Shown here: in pieces, positions 25,008 to 32,000 of the stretch | Position numbering within the stretch: position 1 is the first letter of the stretch | Layout of the letters: each line of letters begins with the position of its first letter | Source: Planctopirus limnophila DSM 3776 | Lineage (GTDB): Bacteria > Planctomycetota > Planctomycetia > Planctomycetales > Planctomycetaceae | Direction of reading: 5' to 3' | Assembly: GCF_000092105.1 (NCBI RefSeq) | Contig: NC_014148.1 | Location: 4,200,001-4,232,000 of the forward strand | DNA: 32,000 nt | Made by a program: the position numbers and the translations under genes | The notes under the pieces: model-generated | The model's database searches: none | What the model saw: only the letters and a program-made list of their open reading frames with translations | Told to the model about the DNA's origin: nothing

Positions 25008-26471
25008 TCAAGGCATGACATGCACAATCATCACGTCATGATATTCCTGATTCCAGTCCGAGTTGCCGACCAGAACGAGCTTGCTGCCAGATGAGAGCAG
25101 GCCATGCTCTTTGCCGTAATTGGCGACGAACGCCAGAAGTTCGCTGGGTGGGTACTTGACCGCTTCTGTCGCGAGGGGCGTGACCCCCCAGTAGAGCTTC
25201 ATCCGTCGGGCAATTTCCGGTCGATCCGTCAGAGCGAGAATGGGAACCGTCCCGCGCTGTCTTGAAAGCGCCATGGCTGTTTTGCCGCCGCGAGTGGCGA
25301 CCACAATCAGGTTCGCTCCCAGTTGCTCGGCGGCATTGCCAGCACCACAAACCACCGCTTCAGTAATGGCGGTGGCCCGATTGCGGGGAAGAGCCAACTT
25401 GTCGACGAACTTATGAGGATCAAGCAGCCGCTCGGCATGTCCGGCAATGCGGCTCATCATGGAAACAGCCGCCACGGGATGATCACCCACGGCCGTCTCG
25501 CCCGAAAGCATCACGGCATCGGTTCCATCGAGGACGGCATTCGCCACGTCCGTCGCTTCAGCCCGCGTGGGAAGTTCATTTTTCTGCATACTGTCGAGCA
25601 TTTGTGTGGCGGTAATAACCGGAATTCGATGCTCGTTGCATAGGCGGATAATCCGCTTTTGAAGTACGGGAACACGATCCACATCAGCTTCGACACCCAG
25701 ATCACCGCGGGCGACCATAACAGCATCCGTCTCACCGATAATCGCTTCCAGATCATTAATCGCCTCGACTTTTTCAATCTTGGCGACAATCCACGGAGGC
25801 GTCGTCGTGGGATGCTCGGCAATCACCTTCCGCAGATCTCGCAAATCCTGGGCGGAACGCACGAAGCTCAACCCAATATAATCCAGTTGATGATCCAGAG
25901 CCCATTGCAGATCTTCGCGGTCTTTGATTGTCAACGAAGGTGTGCTCAGCGCCACGCCGGGAAGATTAACCCCTTGTTTGGAGCGGATCATGCCCGCCTG
26001 GGTGACTTCGCAAACCACTTTTCCGGCCGTCGCATCCTGCTCCAGAACCTTCATGGAGACCGTTCCGTCGGCAAGCAGCACTCGGTCGCCAGGCCTCAGA
26101 TCGTCGATCAGTTGCTCATAGGTGCAGGTGAGCTGGTTGTCTGTACCGGCGGAAACCTGTCTGACGAATTCAAACTTGGCACCATATCGGCAGCGAATGC
26201 CATCTTCTGGCAACAGACCCAGACGAATTTTGGGGCCAGAAAGATCACCGAGCACTCCCAGTGGTGTGCCAAGTTCGACCGAGATTTTCCGAATCGAATC
26301 CAGCACCCCTTCGAGAATGTCGTACTTGGCATGAGCAAAGTTCAACCGGAAAATGTCCACCCCGGCAATCGCCAGCTCGCGAAGTTTTTCGGGAGACGAG
26401 CAGGCAGGACCCACTGTCGCGATAATCTTGGTTTTTGCAAACGGCGTTTCGGAACGGAGTACGTAAGACAT
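25008..26471 (-). CDS. pyk: pyruvate kinase
   Basis: 'KTKIIATVGPA', 'VDIFRLNFAH', 'GPKIRLG', 'IVAKIEKVEAI', 'VMVARGDLGVE' and 'VITATQMLDSM' are canonical pyruvate kinase motifs. ATG 26471 ('MSYVLRSE') has a GAGGAAG RBS, and the ORF extends upstream to 26558. Confidence 0.95.
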   Translation of the reverse strand: MSYVLRSETPFAKTKIIATVGPACSSPEKLRELAIAGVDIFRLNFAHAKYDILEGVLDSIRKISVELGTPLGVLGDLSGPKIRLGLLPEDGIRCRYGAKFEFVRQVSAGTDNQLTCTYEQLIDDLRPGDRVLLADGTVSMKVLEQDATAGKVVCEVTQAGMIRSKQGVNLPGVALSTPSLTIKDREDLQWALDHQLDYIGLSFVRSAQDLRDLRKVIAEHPTTTPPWIVAKIEKVEAINDLEAIIGETDAVMVARGDLGVEADVDRVPVLQKRIIRLCNEHRIPVITATQMLDSMQKNELPTRAEATDVANAVLDGTDAVMLSGETAVGDHPVAAVSMMSRIAGHAERLLDPHKFVDKLALPRNRATAITEAVVCGAGNAAEQLGANLIVVATRGGKTAMALSRQRGTVPILALTDRPEIARRMKLYWGVTPLATEAVKYPPSELLAFVANYGKEHGLLSSGSKLVLVGNSDWNQEYHDVMIVHVMP

Positions 26472-26877
26472 ATCTGGAACTTCCTCATGGGCCAGAGATT
26501 GAAACGAGCAATCCCCTGAAGAGTCGAAAGATGAGCGTTTGAGGCGGCAGGATAGCACATCCGGAGAAATTCGCGCAGTCCGGGAAGCGCGCCATTTGCT
26601 CGATTTTCACGGAGATCTCTCGGGTACGGTATTCGCTTAACATAATTGACAGAATCACTTCGACCGAGTTGAAAAGTGCCGCCCCGTTCGATCAGCTTCC
26701 AGCAGATGACCGGTTTTCGCCCAGATTGATCAATTTTTGTCGTTTCCTTTTTGTCGTTGACCTGGCAAGAAGCACTGACCGGATGACCCCCAATGAAGTT
26801 CTTTCTTTGTAGAACCTACTTCGGGCAATCGTGACGAGGTGAATTGCAATAACACGAATGTATGGTGGTGCAGAATC

Positions 26878-29800
26878 ATGCCTCAGACGAAGCGGAGAAT
26901 CACATCAATCAACCTCGTCCTCGTGATCGTCTTACTGGCTGTCAACGGGTTCGTCACCAGTGTGAATATCGGTCGGCTGTTCGATGCCCAGCGGGATGTC
27001 TCGCACACTTTTGAAGTGCTGAGACTGCTGGCCAATCTGCAGGAAGAAATGGTGACGTTTGAATCGAGTTGCCGGGGTTTTGTAATCGCCAGAGAATCGA
27101 CTTACCTCGATAGCGGCCTGGTCGCACTTGAGCAACTCCCTCGAACTTATGCGGATCTTTCGGATCAACTGGCTGATAATCCCGAGCAAACCCGACGTTT
27201 AGTCGAACTCGCACCAATCATTGCCGAGAGACTGGGAGTGGCTGCCAATGCGATTCAGGTTTTTATCGAATCTGGTGAAGCGGAATTGATGAAGATTGCC
27301 AGGACAGGCCGAGCCCGTGTGCAGATGGATGAAATCCGCTCGCGCGTGGCTGAGATGATTCAGGCCGAAAGGACATTGCTGGATCAGCGTTCGGCTGGCG
27401 TGGAGTTCAATTACTACGTGGCCATCATGACGACGTTACTGGCCGTGCTGATCTCAACAGGAGTGGCAATTGGTGCCTGGAGATCCATCGATCAGGAACT
27501 GGCCGCCAGAATTGTGGCCGAGCAGTCGGCTCGTCTGACAAGCGAAAACTTTCGTGTCACAATTCACAGTGTGGACGATGCATTGGTGACAACCGACGCC
27601 CAGGGCCGTATCACGTTGATGAATGAAGTTGCAAAGTCGCTCATTCAAGTAAGCGATGATGTGCTCGGGCAGCCGGTTGATCGAATTTTTCAGATCCAGC
27701 AGGATTCTGGCACGACAGCCAATGAGCACCCGGTGCATCAGGTTCTTCGAACGGGCCAGAAACTGGCTGCCACGGAAACCAACTGGCTCATCAGGGCTGA
27801 TGGGACACGTGTTGCCGTCGATGATCGGGCTTCGCCGATTCGTAATTCCAAAGGGAAGCTGCAGGGGACAGTCCTCGTTGTGCGGGATATCTCGGAAAAG
27901 CTCAAAGCGGCACAGGCCATTCGACGTCGTGATGAGCGTTTTCGCAGAGTGTTCGACAGCAGTCTGGTGGGTATGGCGCTGTGCAACAAGTATGGTCGCA
28001 TTATTGATGCGAACGAAACTTACCTTGAAACGATTGGTTATTCGCGAGAAGGGCTTTATAGCGCTGACCTGAGTTGGGGCGATATCACACCCACGCAGTT
28101 TTCGGGATTGGATACCGGCGCCTGGGAAGAGTTACGAGCCACAGGTCGCTGCCGACCGTTCGAGAAAGAGTTTATCGCACAAAACGGCATGCGGGTTCCA
28201 GTGCTGATTGCCGCTGTCAAATTGCTTGATGACGAGGAAAGTGAGGTGGCGATCTACACCGTCAACCTGTCACAACTGCGGGCTGCCGAACAGCGTTATC
28301 GGATGCTCACCAATGCCTCGCCACAGATCGTCTGGATTGCCCGGCCCGGCGAAGACAATCTTTACTGCAATGACCGCTGGTACGAATATACAGGGCTGAC
28401 ACCCGACGAAACCCGTGGCATGGGCTGGCTGCGTGCTGTCCCAACAGAACATCAGGGACAGGTCGCGCGTGAATGGTCGACGGCTTCCCGCAAGCCGGAA
28501 ACCTGTGAGTTTGAACTTCCACTCCGCGGAAGAGATGGATTGAGCCGGTGGCATTTATTGCGAGGGGTTCCACAAATCAACAGCGATGGCGTCGTGGTGG
28601 AAATGATCGGCACCATGACCGACATCGACGCGCTGCGTCAGGCTCAACAGGAGCTTGAACTTGCCGATCGCAGGAAGGATTTTTTTCTCGCCACGTTGTC
28701 ACACGAATTGAGAAATCCACTGACACCGATTTCGAATGCTCTGGAAGCATGGCGGGCTGCAGATTTATCTCCCGAAGAACTGACAGAAGTGCGTGAGATG
28801 CTCAGTCGCCAGACAAAGCAGATGGTGCGCCTGATCGACGATCTACTGGATGTTTCACGCATCAGTGGGGGAAAAATCCAGTTAAAGCCAGCCATTCTTG
28901 ATCTTCGTGAATGCATCCAGACGTCCATAGAAGTCGCCCAGCCGCTGATTCGACAGGCGGGTCATCAGTTGACCACCGACTTACCGAACGAACCTGTCTG
29001 GATTAAGGCCGATGCCACACGCATCGTGCAGATCGTCGCCAACCTGTTGAACAATGCGGCCAAGTACACCGATCCCCAGGGCAGGATTCACCTCCAGGTC
29101 GTGCCGTTTGAGCATCAGGTGGAAATTCAGGTCGTTGATAACGGTGCAGGAATCCCGGCACACATGCTGGAACAGATTTTCGGCATGTTCGAGCAGGTGG
29201 GAAGTTCGCTTGATCGAGCTCAAGGGGGTTTGGGGATTGGTCTGACGTTGGTTCGCTCACTGGCAGAACTGCATGGCGGAAGTGTGGTGGCCTTCAGCGA
29301 AGGACTCGGCAAGGGAAGTCGATTTACCATCACTTTGCCCCGGTCCCCGGCACCTGTCGCCATTGAACCTCCAGTGAATAACAATTCCACCGAAAAGCCT
29401 GAGAATTCGGCAAAGGCAGACGGCCATCTGTCCAGCGATCGTGAAGACACAGCCACTCAGATCAACACGTTGAACACCAATGGATCTCTGCAGGATCAAA
29501 CTGCAGAACAACCGGCGGGCAATTTACGCATCATGATCGTGGATGATGTCGCTGCCAGTGCGAAAACTCTCGGGATGATGCTGCGCGCGATTGGACAGCC
29601 TGCGGAAATCTGTCTCGATGGTCATGAAGCGATCCAGCGAGTTCTTGCCAATCCTCCCGATCTGGTCTTTCTCGATATCGCCATGCCCGGGATTGATGGT
29701 TATCAGGTCGCCCGACAGATTCGCGCGCAATGCCCCCAGCGCCCGGTCCTGGTGGCACTCACTGGTTTTGGCCAACCCGATGATCGCAAGCGCACACAGG

Positions 29801-29925
29801 CTGCGGGATTCAATCAGCATCTGACGAAACCCACCAGCCTTGACTCTCTGCGGGCACTGCTTAAGCATTATGGAAGTTCTGAGCGGCCCAGTGAGTCAGT
29901 CAGAAGTGATACTCATGCGGACTGA
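26878..29925 (+). CDS. hybrid sensor histidine kinase/response regulator (CHASE3, TM, three PAS-like regions, HisKA, HATPase_c, REC)
   Basis: An N-terminal TM and a CHASE3-like region ('DVSHTFEVLRLLANLQEEMVTFESSCRGFVI'). H-box 'FLATLSHELRNPLTPI', N-box 'NLLNNAAKYT', G-boxes 'DNGAGIP' and 'GGLGIGL'. C-terminal receiver 'IMIVDD...DLVFLDIAMPGIDG...KP'. The start is ATG 26878, and the ORF opens at GTG 26839. Confidence 0.9.
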   Translation: MPQTKRRITSINLVLVIVLLAVNGFVTSVNIGRLFDAQRDVSHTFEVLRLLANLQEEMVTFESSCRGFVIARESTYLDSGLVALEQLPRTYADLSDQLADNPEQTRRLVELAPIIAERLGVAANAIQVFIESGEAELMKIARTGRARVQMDEIRSRVAEMIQAERTLLDQRSAGVEFNYYVAIMTTLLAVLISTGVAIGAWRSIDQELAARIVAEQSARLTSENFRVTIHSVDDALVTTDAQGRITLMNEVAKSLIQVSDDVLGQPVDRIFQIQQDSGTTANEHPVHQVLRTGQKLAATETNWLIRADGTRVAVDDRASPIRNSKGKLQGTVLVVRDISEKLKAAQAIRRRDERFRRVFDSSLVGMALCNKYGRIIDANETYLETIGYSREGLYSADLSWGDITPTQFSGLDTGAWEELRATGRCRPFEKEFIAQNGMRVPVLIAAVKLLDDEESEVAIYTVNLSQLRAAEQRYRMLTNASPQIVWIARPGEDNLYCNDRWYEYTGLTPDETRGMGWLRAVPTEHQGQVAREWSTASRKPETCEFELPLRGRDGLSRWHLLRGVPQINSDGVVVEMIGTMTDIDALRQAQQELELADRRKDFFLATLSHELRNPLTPISNALEAWRAADLSPEELTEVREMLSRQTKQMVRLIDDLLDVSRISGGKIQLKPAILDLRECIQTSIEVAQPLIRQAGHQLTTDLPNEPVWIKADATRIVQIVANLLNNAAKYTDPQGRIHLQVVPFEHQVEIQVVDNGAGIPAHMLEQIFGMFEQVGSSLDRAQGGLGIGLTLVRSLAELHGGSVVAFSEGLGKGSRFTITLPRSPAPVAIEPPVNNNSTEKPENSAKADGHLSSDREDTATQINTLNTNGSLQDQTAEQPAGNLRIMIVDDVAASAKTLGMMLRAIGQPAEICLDGHEAIQRVLANPPDLVFLDIAMPGIDGYQVARQIRAQCPQRPVLVALTGFGQPDDRKRTQAAGFNQHLTKPTSLDSLRALLKHYGSSERPSESVRSDTHAD

Positions 29926-29985
29926 ACTCGTGCGGACTAAACTGTGATGAACGGTCATTTCTTCCTGCCCTGAGGATCACTCCGA

Positions 29986-31278
29986 GTGACGACCGCTCCG
30001 CTGCATGAGTTTCCTACGCCTGTGCGTATTGCCAGACAGATCCGCCTGTTTGCGAGGCAATTTCCAGTCACACTCAGTTTCATGCTGTTGTCGGCGATAC
30101 TGTTTCTGCTCACCTTCATCGCGGGAGGGGAATCGACCGAGAGCCAATCGAGAAACTGGGGTGCGATTTCGACACTCAGTTTCTTTCGGGAAGTCGAACC
30201 ACAGATCTGGAAAAATGTCACCCCCGAGTTGTATGGGCCCTTTGAATTATGGAAGGGAGAATGGTGGCGATTGCTGGTGACAGGGTTTCATCATGGAGAT
30301 CCTGTCCACCTCACCTTGAATCTGATGGTACTGGCATTTCTGGGCCCGCTGGTGGAACAACGCCTGGGCAAGATTTCCTTCAGCCTGTTCTTCGTGTTCT
30401 CGATCATCTTTTCAGTCTGTGCCGAACTCTTCTGGGGTGAGAATGTGGTCGGGATTTCGGGAGGTCTCTTTGCACTGCTTGGTTATCTCGTGATCGCACG
30501 ACTTCGAGACGAAGAACTCGCCCGGCAGCTCCCCGATGAACGCTGGATCTTTTACCTGCTGATGGCTGCGGTGATGGCCGGCTTATCGGCTCTGGAAATC
30601 CTGAACATCGGAAATACCGCCCATGTCAGCGGCCTGCTGGTGGGAGTCGCCTGGGCTGTCATCAATCCCTGGTCCTGGCCCTGGCGAATGGTCTTCATAA
30701 CAGCCGCATTCGTGCTGCTCGTGGCTGCCGGGTATGGAGCCGTTCATCCATTTTGGCTGGGCCGGTATCACTGGTATCTGTCGCGACTCGACAAACCCGA
30801 TTCGGCAGCACGCATACAATTGCTGCGAAGAGCCATCTCGTATGACCCCCGCCTTCCAGGTGCATGGATGGAACTGGCCGAACGACAACAGTCTTCGCAA
30901 CAGCCCATGGATGCGTGGAAAACTCTTCTCGAAGGGATGCTGATCAATCGCAACAGTCTCGAACTGTTAGATGCCACCAGTCAGCAGTGGGGTTTGTTGA
31001 AACGATTGCATCTGGAGCCGTTAGCCACTGAGATCGCAGTGCAGACACTCGGCGAAGATTCGTCCATCTGGCTCAAGCAGTTTGATGAACATCTGGCACG
31101 AAACAGTCTTGGCCCATCCATGGAAGATGATCTGCAGGATTGGTCTCAGCAAAACCCCGATTCATGGATGAGATCTCCCCTGATTGAAACGGTTCGGCCA
31201 CGATTTGTCGAACCACACAAACCCAGCGGATTACCAGACGATTCGCCAAACTCTGCAATCGAAGGAACAACACTGTAA
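29986..31278 (+). CDS. rhomboid family intramembrane serine protease with C-terminal helical (TPR-like) extension
   Basis: 'WWRLLVTGFHHGDPVHLTLNLM', catalytic 'GISGGLFALLGY' (GxSG) and 'AHVSGLLVG' (catalytic His). A ~170-aa soluble C-terminal region follows ('RAISYDPRLPGAWMELAE'). GTG start with GAGGA 9 nt upstream. Confidence 0.85.
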   Translation: MTTAPLHEFPTPVRIARQIRLFARQFPVTLSFMLLSAILFLLTFIAGGESTESQSRNWGAISTLSFFREVEPQIWKNVTPELYGPFELWKGEWWRLLVTGFHHGDPVHLTLNLMVLAFLGPLVEQRLGKISFSLFFVFSIIFSVCAELFWGENVVGISGGLFALLGYLVIARLRDEELARQLPDERWIFYLLMAAVMAGLSALEILNIGNTAHVSGLLVGVAWAVINPWSWPWRMVFITAAFVLLVAAGYGAVHPFWLGRYHWYLSRLDKPDSAARIQLLRRAISYDPRLPGAWMELAERQQSSQQPMDAWKTLLEGMLINRNSLELLDATSQQWGLLKRLHLEPLATEIAVQTLGEDSSIWLKQFDEHLARNSLGPSMEDDLQDWSQQNPDSWMRSPLIETVRPRFVEPHKPSGLPDDSPNSAIEGTTL

Positions 31279-31300
31279 GACAGGTTCGAGAATACCATTG

Positions 31301-31332
31301 GTGTGCCATGCTTGCGGCTCGGAGCAAGCATG
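31301..31332 (+). repeat. REP-A hairpin repeat
   Basis: GTGTGCCATGCTTGC-GGCTCGGA-GCAAGCATG has the same 9-bp stem as 12581-12607 with a different loop. It lies 23 nt after the rhomboid stop codon. Confidence 0.8.
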
Positions 31333-31385
31333 CTTGATCGACTTGCCATGCGTATTTGATTTCGGGGATCGGCAGAAGACCCGAA

Positions 31386-31476
31386 GGGGTGGCTGGGGTT
31401 GAGCGTCTTCGCGAACCCCCAGTTCGTGCCGAAAATCGCAGAGGGTTCGAAGACTCAACCCCAGCCACCCGCCGCG
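31386..31476. repeat. ~91-bp palindromic intergenic element (REP-C type) followed by a T-run, terminator-like
   Basis: GGTGGCTGGGGTTGAG (31389-31404) pairs with CTCAACCCCAGCCACC (31454-31469). It is followed by GCGCAGTTTTTTATT, sits between convergent genes, and is an inverted copy of 11771-11860. Confidence 0.8.
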
Positions 31477-31556
31477 CAGTTTTTTATTCTAACCCGTACA
31501 AAATCGGGCGACACAGTCACAAAAAAAGACGGGCGGCACTGTCATTCACGTGGCGA

Positions 31557-32000
31557 TCATGCCCAGTCACCATCGCACCTGGCCGCCATCGGCATGCGAC
31601 GACCAACCCCAAAGGCGCGTGGTGAGACTTTAATCCCCGGTGGCATCTGCCAGCGTTTGTACTCGTTCCGATCCAGTCGTCTGGCGACCCACTCGACTGT
31701 CGTCGCGGGGAACTTATCGCTGAGAGCCGCCACAGATTCTTCCCGGTCAATCAGGCCCCGCAGAATGTCATCCAGCATGTCGTAGGGGGGAAGCGTGTCC
31801 TGATCGAACTGGTTGGGGGCCAGCTCTGCGGAAGGAGGTTTTGTGAGAATGTTCGCCGGAATGATCTCCTTCCCTTCCTGTTGGTTAATGAACTCGCAAA
31901 GCCGATAGACCTCGCCTTTGTACAAATCGCTCAAGGGTGCGAGAGCACCGTTCATATCGCCATAGAGTGTGCAATACCCCATGGCGAGTTCACTCTTATT
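31557..32000 (-). CDS. nadE: NAD+ synthase, C-terminal part (gene continues beyond the window end)
   Basis: '[27 protein letters not shown]' and '[27 protein letters not shown]' are conserved NadE C-terminal motifs. The reading frame is open to position 32000. Confidence 0.9.
   Translation of the reverse strand, partial: NKSELAMGYCTLYGDMNGALAPLSDLYKGEVYRLCEFINQQEGKEIIPANILTKPPSAELAPNQFDQDTLPPYDMLDDILRGLIDREESVAALSDKFPATTVEWVARRLDRNEYKRWQMPPGIKVSPRAFGVGRRMPMAARCDGDWA

Noticed and set aside
25659-26519. 286-aa ORF on the + strand, plus 25323..25643
   Set aside because: It is antisense to pyruvate kinase, has no recognisable motifs and has shadow-ORF composition.
1-32000. Search for CRISPR arrays, rRNA/tRNA genes, transposases, integrases and phage genes
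   Set aside because: I saw no regularly spaced direct repeats, no tRNA cloverleaf signatures, no rRNA-like conserved blocks and no DDE or tyrosine-recombinase motifs in any ORF.

Overview
This is a gene-dense 32-kb chromosomal segment of roughly 55% GC. Its gene content suggests a Planctomycetota genome, by inference only and with no search run: DUF1802, a xylose-isomerase-like TIM-barrel protein, a PmoA-like DUF6807 protein, twin-arginine-type signal peptides and many GGGTGGCTGGGGT-type intergenic hairpin repeats. Most of the window is housekeeping or ordinary accessory genes: rfbA, a fused ABC-2 permease, an FKBP-type PPIase, an NAD(P)HX dehydratase plus EEP phosphoesterase, a BSP-like metallopeptidase, cysK, a beta-lactamase-fold hydrolase, a YkgJ Cys-cluster protein, a sugar-phosphate isomerase, a GNAT, frr, pyk, a CHASE3/PAS hybrid histidine kinase, a rhomboid-TPR protease and a nadE 3' fragment. 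The stand-out locus is 16.1-20.9 kb. It holds a Crp/Fnr regulator followed by a same-strand cluster: Cys-rich exported precursor A1, a DUF692 (MNIO) oxidase, DoxX, a second paralogous precursor A2 and DUF2063. This is a bufferin/Hvf-type RiPP metallophore cluster with unusual features. It has two long precursors that mix motif types and carry a conserved Lys-rich tail. One precursor has a Tat-like signal-peptidase-I signal and the other a lipobox. DoxX has a Met-rich tail, and an attenuator-like hairpin follows precursor A1. The second point of interest is a low-GC 1.7-kb islet (12.7-14.5 kb). It carries an SMI1/KNR4 (SUKH) immunity-type gene plus two small orphan genes and is bracketed by imperfect 31-bp direct repeats. 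The third is at least three families of intergenic palindromic (REP/MITE-like) repeats, some showing compensatory stem changes. I found no rRNA, tRNA, CRISPR array, transposase or integrase.
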